DNA from: Macrostomum lignano
Lineage: Eukaryota
Length of the DNA: 64,000 nt
Assembly (NCBI GenBank): GCA_002269645.1
Contig: NIVC01000080.1
Span: forward strand, 273,427-337,426
Direction of reading: 5' to 3'
A program made the translations under genes and the position numbers. Shown in pieces: positions 23,909 through 35,878 of this stretch (positions are counted from its first letter, which is position 1; the number at the start of each line of letters is the position of its first letter). The notes under the pieces are model-generated. The model did not search any database, was not told the DNA's origin, and was given only the letters and a program-made list of their open reading frames with translations.

Positions 23909-26900
23909 ATGGCTACCGCTAGATCATCTGCTTCTGTGCCTATTTCTGCGGCAGAGCGTGGTGATTATGATGCTGTGAGAAGCTTCTTAAACACCAGTCA
24001 ATCTGCTTCGAATGCTGTGGCCATTGATTCCGCCGGTCGACGCAGCACATTGCTACATGCCGCTGCTAGAAATGGTCAGCGCAACATTGTCAGGTGAAAT
24101 TCATAAATGCGCCTCTTCAACTTGATCGCATTGGCCACTCCCGTGCGAGAATCTTTTACAGGATCGTTACAGGATCTTTTAGATTGGGTAGGATGTGTTA
24201 AGCCCGAACAATGAATATATCAGTCAGTTGAGAACTTGTTTTCATGTATAAGAAGTGTATAAGAATGCTGACCTTATGCCTGATAGTTGTTTTGCAAGAA
24301 TCCCGAGAATGCTGCTTTTGAGATTCAGCCTCTAGGCGCTATAGCTCTTACCTCCGTTGGGCAGAAAAAAGGAATGTTGGATTATTCCTTAGTTTGATGC
24401 AAAATGTTTTAAAAACCCTATACCCTAATCCTAACTCTCAATTCGATGCTTGGCCTACCAGCAACTCACAATGGATCCTTGGCATTTCGGCAAGCAATTT
24501 GTCTTGTGAGCCTTGGCATCTCCGCAACTCTCCTTAAGCCTTAGCATCTCGGCAAATCCCATTAAACCAATTGGCATCTCAGCTATTCCCCGTTCAGCCA
24601 TGGCATCTAAACCCCCCCCCCCCTGAGCCTAGTCATCTTAAAAGTTTTTTAACAATATTCATTAAATCAGTCTCTTTTCAACTTGTACCCTATACAAATA
24701 CATTTCGCTCATAATTTACATTTTAGTCTACTCATCGAGTACGACTGTCGGGTTAATACGCCTCAGGAAGGCACAGACGACACACCGCTGATGCTGGCAC
24801 TGACCGGCGGTCACGAAGACGTGGCTGAAGAACTACTCAATCACGAGAAATGCCACTACAATGCTCAGAACAGCGCAGGTTGGTCTGCTCTGATGATTGC
24901 TGCTCAAAGCGGACTCGTCAGTGCCATGGATCAACTGTTGATGAAGGGACCCGACATGGAACTTGAGACTCACGAGGACAGGGAGACGGCACTGACCTTA
25001 GCTGTGGCTGCTGGACAAGATGAAGCCGTGAAAATGCTAGTTGAGTTTGGTGCTCAAACCGGACACATGAATGGCAGAGGTTTCACGCCGTTGGATCTGG
25101 CTTGGCAGCTGAGGGACGAGCAAAGCGGTAGACCCACTGAAGGTGGATACAAGCGCCGAATCATTGAAGCGCTTTCCGAGAGGAGGAGGTAAAGTTTTAG
25201 TAGAATTTAGTAGAGCAGAATTTGAGTGTTTAAAAATTAAGCATCGCTAAATTCGATGCGGTGTGCGCCTCTTCTTTCTCATCTCCCCTATCCTCTCTCC
25301 CATCTCCTCTTTTATCCTCTCTACTCTCCCTCATCTTTTCTCCTCTCATCTGGGTTCATTTTTGCCATCAAAAACTTGACTGAAAAGTTGCAACCAAGAG
25401 TCAAAATTAGAAATGAACTATTAGGTAGAAGCTTCTTAGCAACAAATCAAAACTTACGCTCGTAAATTTAGATGCAAAGATCCAAAAAACAGCTTGTATA
25501 CCAAAAAATTTTATTTTGCAATCGTATAGAGCAAAAAGTAAACCTAGTCTCTCCTCCCTCTCCACCCCTCTCCTCTCTCTTCTCCCCTCTACTCCCTTTC
25601 CTCCCCTCTCTTCCCTCTTCTCTCCTCTCCTCTCCTCTCCCTCTTATCCCTCTCCTCCCTCTTCTAGCGCTAGTGGTTATTTGATAAAAAAATACAGCAT
25701 ATAACTTATAGCATATATTTACCCTTCTGAATTAGTTTGTAACAGACCCCAGTCCATTTTGCTAAATATTAATTTAGCGCCCCAGGCAGGCGGCGGAGGC
25801 GCAGAGCAGAAGCAGATGACGCGTCTGACGACGATCTGTCAGCAGACGACGCCGAGGATCGCTCCGGCCGCAGCAGCGGCAGCAGCAGCAGATTGATCGC
25901 CGGCCGCTACAAGAATCTCGGTCAGCTGGGCAGCGGTGCGCACGGACTTGCCCTGCTGGTGCGGGACATGCGTTGCAATCGAGGCGGCCACGGTCCGGAC
26001 TCGCGCCTGAAGGTGCTGAAGCAAATCAGCAGGCAGACTGGGCGGGACCTGCAGGCTAGCGGGCGGGAAAACCGGGAACTGCTCTCTCTGAGACAGCTGG
26101 ACCACTCGTGCTTGCTGAGTCTGTTGGACTACTTCAACGGTAGGTGTTCTGATTAGGCGTCTGCTTAGGTTTAGTTGTGTTCAGAGTTTAGTGTTTAGAT
26201 TCAGAATGACATGAGCAGCGAACTCTTGCATACATGACGCAAAGGTACATTTGTTGTATCTTTAGAAGACACTACATGTATGTGTTATGCTCAGCCGCTT
26301 GTGGAGCTGATGTATTTGGAGGCAATTTGTTAAGAAGCATGCATATATTGTACTTATTGGTTGAATTCAGTGTTGCCTAATCAGCCATGCGATGGTCTTA
26401 CTTATACGAAGTAATTGGGGCATTTATAGAGATTAGAGTGTAGTAAGTTCCAGAATACACAACACCAATCTAACTTACTTGTAAGCATTTTGTTTTCCTG
26501 GGTTCATCAGCTTCAACACCTACATGTATTTTGGAGTTTAATGTCACTGCTTTCCTAATATGTAACAAAAATGCAACCACTGTTACCAACAACTGCAACA
26601 TTCAGATACGGACGACAAGCTCTGCCTAGTGACAGAATACTGCGAATTGCGCGATATGCACACTTGGATCCAGTGGGCCAACAACACCGACATTGCCCTG
26701 CCATTCAGGCTAGTGACACATTGGTGCCTCCAGATGCTACTGGGGCTGAGCTACCTCCATGAGCGTCAGATCGTGCACGGCGATTTCAAACCATCGAACG
26801 TGTTTGTACAGTCCGATGCGACCGTCCGAATAGGCGATTTTGGCTGCTCACTGGACCTGGGCGATGCCGAAGAGGCCGTGGCCAGTGCCATCAGTGGCAC

Positions 26901-28847
26901 GTGGATCTATATGAGCCCGGAGATGATTCAAAATAATGGTACGTTATTGGGCAAACAAATTGTCGGAAACGTCAAAAGTACGTCGACGGACGTCGAAGTG
27001 TTGAACGGGAGATAAGAGTTATAAATGAAAAGTCTTCACGCTTTAAGCGCAGCTCGTAAAGAAAATTTCTGGAAATATTTTCATATTAATGATGCCAGTA
27101 GCGAAATGCAGCCCTATATTATGCACGTATAAAGCGTACGTTGAAGACTGCGGTGTAGATGTAGTTCAGTTCAAGGACCACTAGAAGTTACAGTTGTATG
27201 CTTTTTCGAGGGCAAGCATCGCTAAATACATGTAAAAAACAAGCGGGCCCTCGATCAAATAATTTTGCACAATTTACGAGTTGTGACGCTGTTGATAATG
27301 CTAGCTGTTTTGCTATGCGTAAGACCGCTTCATCCGAATTCGATTCCGGTTACACTAATTTCTCTAGACAAGAACTACGTCGTAGATTCTATGAACCAGA
27401 AAATCACAGGGTTGGTACTGCGATCGTAGAAAATAGATTAATAGAGAGTTGAATATGAAAATATTGTAGATGAGTGATATAAATGATTGAATATAATAAT
27501 AGCCAATGTGAAATGTAGAGAACCTAATAAATAATTCTTACATTTAGATAGTTAGCAGCTATATATAATCAGAATGCATGTAGCAAAATTTATAAGCTAA
27601 GTAATGCGTGCAGGGACCAGAAGAAACGTGCAAAAAGAGATCGAGTGACTATAGGCTAGCAAGCTGATAAAATGCGAACATACATGTATTTTACCTACTC
27701 GAAATTGTTACCCCAGTTCGAAGCACAGCCAACGACATGTGGAGTCTTGGTTGCACCTTCTACGAGCTGTGCACCTGCCAGCCGCTGTTCGACCCTGGCC
27801 TACCTCGACCGGCTCTTCGTGCGCAAATTTGCAGCGAAGCTGAGCGCCGATTCGATGAACTTCCCCAACTGCTGCCGGCTTGGCTCCATGCTGCGCTGCC
27901 GCGAATGCTCCGTCAATCGCCGCCTTCAGAGCGGCCGACTGCTGCCGGCTTGCTGCTTGAAGACGAAGTGGCCAACAGCCTGAGGAAAATGCAGCCGGAT
28001 CAGCTGGCTGAAGATCGGCAATTCCTGGCCGACAATTTGGCCGGGGTGCTGGAGGCTGGGGATGATAATGATGCGGCAAAATACTCGCCGAATCGTGGCT
28101 TCGATTATTCACTGGTAGGGTTTTTGTTTGGATTTCTAGTGCTGTGAAAGGGATTGTTAACATAGACGAATAAAGTAGAGTATGTACTTCATTATAGTCC
28201 TTGGGTGTGAGCTTAATCACTTCGATTGGTTAGTCACCTTAGCTATAAAACCTTGTACTTGACCAAAGTTTTACAGATGTCTAATTGACGTATAATGAGG
28301 TGTGCAAGATGCGGAATATTTGCAATCTTCTAACTAGCTTATTCAATGCTGTCTCTGGTCAACTACAGTTAAGTACATTTTGAGTGTTAGAAAATGCTTC
28401 GAAGCGAAGACCGCATTTAGTCTTATCCCATTGTTTTAAATGCCGTCTTTATACATGTATATTGTAACCGTAACAATCTGTAAGTTATTTTGTGTCAGAC
28501 AAATCGTCCTAATTTCTATCTGGCTTCAGGCTTACGACGCTCTCCTTGCCGACGTAGAGCGGTTTGTTGCCTCCTCGGATGCAGATCAGCAACTATCAGA
28601 CTATCAGCAACTTGAGAACCTTCGAGCTAAACTAGCCGAGAAGAAGAACCAGGCGGAATTCCCCCTTGAAAAAGTATACCAGATTTTTACGGAACAAAAC
28701 GTGGAGCAGGGCACCGGCACCCGGTCAGCGGTCGCTCGAAGCGGACAGCAGCTTGAACAACGTATGGCTGAGCTGACATCGGATGCAGAAGGCTGCGAAA
28801 TGGTTCAAATGGCGATTCTGTTGGAGCGGCAATGCCTCGACTCTTAA
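23909..28847 (+). CDS. Ankyrin-repeat + NEK11-like Ser/Thr kinase, 6 exons, ~685 aa (23909-24093, 24727-25188, 25778-26139, 26606-26938, 27717-28114, 28530-28847)
   Basis: All junctions are GT-AG and in phase, totalling 2058 nt. Ankyrin motifs: TLLHAAARNG, TPLMLALTGGH, SALMIAAQSG, TALTLAVAAG, TPLDLA. Kinase motifs: LIAGRY..LGSG, LKVLKQI, TEYCE.RD, HGDFKPSNVF, IGDFG, GTWIYMSPE, DMWSLG. The tail (EKVYQ...CEMVQMAILLERQ) is NEK11-like. The exon 2-3 join is inferred. Confidence 0.75.
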
Positions 28848-30154
28848 TTGTTGTGTTTAAAGTGTTGATAAATGCTGGGATCTTAACCGTCTCCATTGGT
28901 GTCATCAGTATAGTGGCAAGATGTGAACCTTTAGATTTCAAAGAACCATTGACACTGCGGTTGCATGTTAATAATTATACTTCTTCCTTTGTCCTACTCA
29001 TTCCCCCAATTGCATCAAAGACGATTTTTATTTGTAATCGACATTTTAGTCATTATAGTGTTGGTCGATTTGCTATGTTTAGCTTTCAGGACAAGTCAGG
29101 ATAATCTTACGCTTTAAAAGTGTTTTCAAACATTCAACGCAAAACCTCGTGTTGACAAGAATTATTGAAATTCCAACCCTTAAAATATAAAAACCAATGA
29201 AAAAACAACATCATACCAGACTGCATGGCTACTAATTAACGGCGGAAATGAATTTTTCAAATTATATGTACTCGTAATAGTTTCCATGAGTCAATCAGAA
29301 ACTTTCTGGAAATATTTTGATACTAATGTTGCCATGTAGTTAAATGCAGCAAACATTAAGTACGTACACAAGATTTGTTATAAAGACTGCGGTGTAGATT
29401 TAGTTCAGCTCAAGGACTACTAGAATTTACCGTTTATATATGTTTTTTGGAAGGCAAGCATCGCTAATGTAACGATATATACAGATTTTCCGGCAGCAGT
29501 CGCGTAAGCTAAAGCTACGTAGCGGCTGAAGCCTAGTAAAGCAATTGCTGCCGTGAAAGAATCTGTCTATGTCGTTATTGGAACCTTTTGAATGAAATCG
29601 ATTGTTGCCAAATTTAAACCCCAGTGTGGCTCAGTCCAGTGTCTATGTTATGTAACGCATTGTATTCAATGGCCGCGGGCCATGAAATTTTACGGCCGGG
29701 CCGTGAAATCAGCTAGTGCAGAACAGCGCCTGGCTGAGCCACAATAACCCTCTAGTGTGGCCTGGCTGAGCCACAATAACACTAATAATAACACCCCCCC
29801 CCCCCAGATTTGCTGTCTATGGCGTAAAGGATGTCTGAGGATGCGTTGCTAGGCAGAGGCGAAGCCTCAGCCATTCTATACGCCAAAGAAACAAATCTGG
29901 GGGTGTTATCTTATACTTCTAGTCAATTCTTCTGTTCTTGTCTATGGTACTTTGGAATAGCAGTAAGGATAATCAGTCAATCGTCTATGGTAATCGGAAG
30001 GACAGTGAAGACGACTAGCGTAACTGTCATAAATTAATTCTCTAGTGGATTTAATCTGTGGCGGAGAAATGTGTGGACTCTCCATTCACAGAAAAGTTGG
30101 CTTTTGTCACCCGAGAGTCGAGCAATCGCTTTGTTCTAGAGATTAACAATTTGA

Positions 30155-30545
30155 ATGCGTCGTCAGTACCGAATTGTGCTACCTGAGCTGACTAGCGAAT
30201 ATTACCAAATGCTGGACCGGATTGAGAATGAATCTGTGCCGAAATCGACCGAGACTCAACGAAAACTTCACGTGGTCGGGAGAGGAACAAAAGGCTCGGC
30301 CAGTTCCTCAATGAGAAGGGGCTCTGCCAGGAGTTTGAGTGTGCACCGGATCGATTGCTGAACGATTAACTGAAACTTTTATATTCGTCTCTTCGAGAGC
30401 AGGGTTGAACATACTACGCGCCGAAGTCTCTCATCTGTTTTCGTGCGTCCCTTCAACGGCACCTGGAATCCCAGTCCGTCAATCGCCAGGTAAACATAAT
30501 TACCGGAGAATCATTCAAGCGTTGCAATGGAGTTCTTGTCGAATT
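30155..30545 (+). mobile_element. Decayed Crypton-like (DUF3504/KCTD1-type) tyrosine-recombinase N-terminal fragment
   Basis: A frame not shown in the ORF track reads FLNEKGLCQEFECAPDRLLND*LKLLYSSLREQG*TYYAPKSLICFRASLQRHLESQSVNRQVNIITGESFKRCNGVL. This matches the LN..L..FY...R...G..Y...SL...RA.L.RHL......NII....F...N.VL pattern. Confidence 0.65.
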
Positions 30546-30793
30546 CATTTGTGACAGAGGAACAAAACTACGCTCGTACTCCTTCATTGTTTTTTGTTGT
30601 TTTGCGTCGTTGTCATGTTTCATTTTTTTCTATAGCCAAATGCAGTCGTTAATTTTCCGGCAACAATCTAAAAAACAGCCGGCAGACAATTAAAATGTTG
30701 CCGACAGGCTTACTGCCGAAAACCATCGACAAAAGGATACAATACACGTAACAAGAGGGCCTCCAAATAATTTTGCACTATTTATTTGCTGTA

Positions 30794-31152
30794 CAGGGGC
30801 GTCGCTATAGATTTTATGGTGGGGGGCAAAGCCAAGAATTCAACATGTACATGTACATGACTAAATTTTGGCACTCATTTTGGCCCCGCAGGCACTCCTT
30901 TTGGCGCCGCAAGCATTCCTTTTAGCGCCGCAGGCACTCATTTTAGCGCCTCAGGCATTCTTTTCAGCGCCGCAGTATTCCATTTTGGCGCCGAAGGCGC
31001 TTTATTTTGGCGTACTGAAGAAAAATTTTTGATTACCACAACGGGTCACAAGCTGGTGGGGTGTGGGGGACAAAGCATTGGCATGTCCCCCCATAGCTTT
31101 TACTGGACGGGAAATGTCCCCTGCTGTCCCCCCCTCGGTGGCGACGCGCCTG
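30794..31152. mobile_element. hAT-like MITE with an internal 21-bp tandem repeat (~7 copies, 30870-31018)
   Basis: The ends are CAGGGGCGTCGC / GCGACGCGCCTG (11/12 inverted match). The internal unit is GGCACTCATTTTGGCGCCGCA. No TSD is preserved. Confidence 0.65.
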
Positions 31153-31577
31153 CCAATATAGTAGCAATAATGTGTCAAGCATCTGCAAATGGGTCCTATA
31201 TAGCTATAAGATCGAAGTCTGCAGCTAGAGACAAGCTAAAATTAAAGCAGCAAAAAATCGAAAGGATAGATAGAATCAAATCAGCTAAGCTATTAATACT
31301 AAGCTCAATCCGCCGCCATCCTCCCCATGCTAACTCGCTCACCAACCATGCACAGCTCTCTCGAAATCGGGTTTCGAGACGAAGCTATACCATACGGGCC
31401 GGCTGAACCAATTGCTGCCAAACCAGCCTGCACTTTCACTTGCTGTCAATAAATCTCGAAGTCATATAGCCGATAAAAGGTTCACTTCAATTTGGAAACT
31501 GCATCGCATAATTGTTTATTCAGGAACAGAGAGAGGAATTTTTGCATGGGGGTATTAAGGCGCGACTATATATGGCC

Positions 31578-31591
31578 TGGGAAATGTAGTT
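31578..31591 (-). promoter_or_regulatory. ACTACA..TCCCA-type (ZNF143/THAP11-associated) promoter motif
   Basis: TGGGAAATGTAGTT on the plus strand reads AACTACATTTCCCA on the minus strand. It sits in a CpG-retaining patch. No TSS evidence. Confidence 0.35.
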
Positions 31592-33055
31592 TGAACAAAT
31601 TATAAAATTCCTATACTTGTACATACAAATGTATGCAGACTATACTACATATGTATATCTTCTGGCCAAGAGTATACGACTGGCTTGAATTGAGTTCTGA
31701 TAGAAATTAATGCATGATTTTATTGCAGGTATTGTTGATCATCGATCGACTGAGCTCGAATTTTGTTTCCAGGAAAGGCTGGGTTGCAGTAACAATTAAT
31801 ACAATGTAACTTTTTTCTCGCACTAAATTTACGAAAAATGCCTTAATTGTAAATGTATCTCCAATGCTACAATTGGATCATGCATGATGATTATCCATGC
31901 ATGATGGTGGTGCAGCTGGGCCTACAACAGAACAGTAGGAAGGCCGAAGGGCAGTGAAATCTGCTACAAGGACTACTAGACTATATATAACGAAGTGTTC
32001 CTAGTGCTCCTTGATCTGCTAATAAGAAAATTTTTGCGGAAAATGTCGATTTTTGGCTGTATAAAACCCAAAAAAAATTTATGTGTAGGTACTGCCTACA
32101 ATGTAAACTCTGAAGCAATTAAAAGTTGTGCTCTGACCCCGCCTCTCACTAAAACAGAAAAAATCCGTTTGATTTACTTAACGTTATGTAGAATAACAAG
32201 ATAGAAATAAAATTAAGGTTTTCTGAATAAAAAAAAGATAACACCAGGTTTTATATACTGTCAAAATGGTATATGTTTTTAAGCAAAGCATGCTAAGAAA
32301 TCTTTTGGTAGACTGTACAATTTTTTAAATAATTGTATTTTACTATACTGTACTCACGGGTAGGGATTATCTCTGACTACAACATAGACTAAACCAAACA
32401 AAGGACGAGAATTCTGTTTCTAGTTAAACTCCATTTTTTGTAGTTTGTGGCTAAGTTTGCTTTATCAGAGGTAGACAAGCTTATCTTAACTTTTTATCGT
32501 TAAGAATATCGTCAACGAGCAAACTCATCAGCAAAAGCAAAATCATATAATTTCTAACTCTAGTCTAGGCCCTTAGTCCATATATTATTGCTAATTTAAA
32601 ACTAGGCCATATAAGGCTAGGGACCGAGTTGAGTTGCAAGTCAGGAAATCGCTTTGCTGTAGCCTTCAGCATAGGCTTTAGGCTTGCTAAACATAATCAT
32701 TGATAGATAAGTAAGCTATGTTAACGTCTGCTTCTGTAACAAGTTCGTCCCAACTTCATGACCATAAGCCAAATTCTGCTGAAGCCATTCCTTCACGGGT
32801 TATAAAAAGTGAAAAATTGGATTTAGATTCTACAGATCTACACAAAAACGTGAATATCAATACTTCAAATGGCGAGCTGTCATTTGATAGTCATGTAAGT
32901 TACATTTTTAACTCTACAACTGCATTTTGCTACTTAAGATTTAATCTTAAGCCCCTAGAACTATATATAGCAAATGGCACCTGGTAAAGTTTCTGTTTGA
33001 TTTAAGAAAAAAAGCATTTATTTTCCATATTAAAACACTACCACTATTCCTTATA

Positions 33056-34364
33056 TGAAGGGGGTTCAAAACGTTTTGTCGTTTGGCTATATCACATAAT
33101 ATTTTCATGAAACTTTTTTTGGTTTAGAATAGTCACTTTTATATAGAGTGTATATGACAGATGTTCAATCTTCTATCAGTTTTTGAAGTCATTTTTTCAG
33201 CAAGAACTCAAGGCACCCCCTGCATTTTCAGCAAAATGGAGAAACAGGAGTATCAAGCTCTCATTAAATTTTTTACCTTAAAAGGATTAAAGCCACCAGC
33301 AATCAAAGCAGAGATCAAGTCTGTGTACCCCACAACTTGCCCGTCTCTACGCACAATTGAGAGACACCATACTGAATTTAAGCGAGGCAGGGTGACCCTC
33401 GAAGATGACCCCCGGAGTGGGCGCCCTGCTACCAGCGCCAACCAGGAGAAAGTTGATGCAGTTGCCAAGCTCCTGGATGAAGATTGGCAAATTCGAGTTG
33501 CCAGCATTGCACACACTGTTGGCATCTCAATTGGGTCAGTTGAGGAAATCCTGCACCAAATCCTTGGGTACAACAAGGTCAGTGCCCGTTGGGTACCCTG
33601 AATGCTTTCGCGGGACCACAAGCTGAATTGGGTGAACTCTAGCCGCTTCATGCTTGACCTGTACAACGCGGACCCAAATGGATTCAAGCGACGAATCATA
33701 ACAGGGGATGAGTGCTGGCTACATCACTACGACCCTGAGTCCAAGCGTGACTCCATGCCATGGAGTGGTGGCACCCAGGAGAAGGTGCACCTCACAAGTT
33801 CAAGCAAGTGAAGTCGGCTGACAAGGTCTTGGGCTACTTCTTCTGGGATTGTCAGGGGATGCTGCTTGCTGAGTACCTGCCAGTGGGGCACACTGTGACA
33901 GGTGTGCAGTACGCTGAACAGCTGGGCCGACTTCGTCAAGCAGTTGTCAGGAAGAGGCGAGGCAAGTTGAGTACTTGCCCCCTGCTGCTTCATGACAACG
34001 CCCCTGCAGCCCTGCTCACACAGCCCAAGTTGCAGTGAATGCTGCCACCACTGCAGGATTCGAAATTCTGCCCCATCCTGCCTATTCACCAGACCTGGCC
34101 CCATCGGATTTCTACTTGTTTCACCAGCTGAAGAAGCCACTCCAAGGGCGCCATTTTGAGTCCAATGAGGAAGTCATCGCCCTCGTGAACCAGTGGCTGG
34201 AGGACCAGACGGCAACCTTCTACACCAGCGGCATCCAAGAGCTGCGTGACCGTTGGCAGAAGTGTATTGATCGCCAAGGAGATTATGTTGAAAAATAATG
34301 TAGCCTTGTCCCAAAAGTTTTTGTTTGAATGTACAAACGACAAAACTTTTTGAACCCCCCCTCA
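33056..34364 (+). mobile_element. Full-length but decayed mariner element (second family), 1309 bp
   Basis: The TIR TGA(A/G)GGGGGTTCAAAA.GTTTTGTCGTTTG is present at both ends, with TA at 33054-55 and 34365-66. Confidence 0.93.
33236..34298 (+). pseudogene. Mariner transposase pseudogene (one stop, at least two frameshifts)
   Basis: It reads MEKQEYQALIKFF..., ARWVP*ML, ITGDECW, LHDNAPA and YSPDLAPSDFYLF, split over ORFs 33161, 33602, 33760 and 34035. Confidence 0.92.
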
Positions 34365-34730
34365 TATTATATTAATAAAGTACAAAGAAAAATAATATTT
34401 TTTTAAATTTCATTTGTCTGTCTTTTTAGTTGCAAAGCCATACTAGGGACTACACTGAGATTTTGAAGGTTATTTTTTTGTATTTTTCAATTATACTTAT
34501 TTAACCTCAAAAATATCTTTATTTAACTTTTAAGTCTTTAATTTTTGGTAGCTATGTTTTTTTGATCCCTAGCAATTCTCTAATGCCATAGTCTCATAGA
34601 TATATTAGCCATGCAGCAAAATTTTTTGGCTGCCATGGAAATTGCAAGTGGTATATAACCCTGACTCTGGATGGTATACATGTATGCCAGAAAATTCTAG
34701 TGTATAGGACCTAGAATATACTATTGGTGT

Positions 34731-35322
34731 CACTTATGGACATTTCCCCTCTGGACATTTCCCCTCTGGCATTTCCCCTCTGGACACTTCCCTTTGGGGA
34801 TATTTCCCCTTGGGGACTTTTTTCCTCTAGATATTTCCCCTCCAGACATTTCCCCTTTATCTATAATGAAATAACAGTGCCTTCAGACATGTTCAAAGAG
34901 AACATAAGTTGCATATATATATATATAAATGTATATAAATATATATATAAATGTAATAATATAGTAATATTATAATATAGTATAAAAATAATAATATACA
35001 AAATAATATTATAATAAAACCTATAATAAAACATAATAAAACCATCTACTCTACTCTCACTTTTTACTTACATAATTTTTAAAATAAAAGCAATCTAACA
35101 GCATAATTACATGGATATGACATACATGCATGCAAAACTTCTTTTTGGCATATTCTTAAGCTCTGTTATTTCATTATAGCTGGATGGGAAATGTCTGGAG
35201 GGAAAATGGCTAGAGGGGAAATGTCCGGAGTGGAAATGTCTTGAGGGGAAATGTCCGGAGGGGAAATGTCCAGATGGGAATTGCCAAAGGGAAAATGCCA
35301 GAGGGGAAATGTCCGGTAGCCC
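34731..35322. mobile_element. Foldback-type element: ~180-bp inverted arms made of ~16-bp GGACATTTCCCCTCT repeats around an AT-rich core
   Basis: Left-arm repeats are mirrored as GAGGGGAAATGTCC on the right, and the inner arm CTATAATGAAATAACAG is mirrored as CTGTTATTTCATTATAG. A candidate TSD ATTGGTGT lies at 34723-30 and 35323-30. Confidence 0.8.
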
Positions 35323-35567
35323 ATTGGTGTACAACTTGGCATACAGAAAGGCCTAGCATGCCCTCTTGGCATAAAGTTTAGCATATAAAGATTGCCAAGA
35401 CAGTAGTAGGTAGGACCAGAATTTCCAAGTCCCAATCAGGACTTTTTGAACTTTAGGTAGATAAAATAGTTGTAGTTTTAACAGGACCATAATTTTGTCT
35501 CTATAGAGGTTTTTGATAGTGTTGATTTCAAATTTGAACTTCATTTTTTTGTACCTTATAGCCAACC

Positions 35568-35878
35568 ACTAGGGCATAGGGAATGGGAGGTTTTAGGGTT
35601 AGGAGAATCTTCATAGGGAATGATTTTATATACCTAAACTTCAATAGAAGCATGGAGATCTATTGAAGATTAGATAGATAAATTTGGAGGCTAAGGGAAG
35701 AGGGCAAGTCTTGGGATAGGAAATGGAGGTAAAAGGGGGGGGGGCTGACAAGCACTAAAAACTAGGGCATGGAGAATAGGGGATTTTAGGATAGGGAGAA
35801 TCTTCATCAGGATATATTTTATATACCTAAACTTCAATAGAGGCATGGGGGTCTATTGAAGATTAAGTAGATAAATTC
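35568..35878. repeat. ~190-bp local direct duplication, each copy with a CTTCAATAGA...TCTATTGAAG hairpin
   Basis: 35568-35685 and 35761-35878 align by eye. Confidence 0.75.

Noticed and set aside
25256-25704. Pro/Leu/Ser-rich ORFs between the ankyrin and kinase exons
   Set aside because: They come from CT-rich low-complexity intron sequence.
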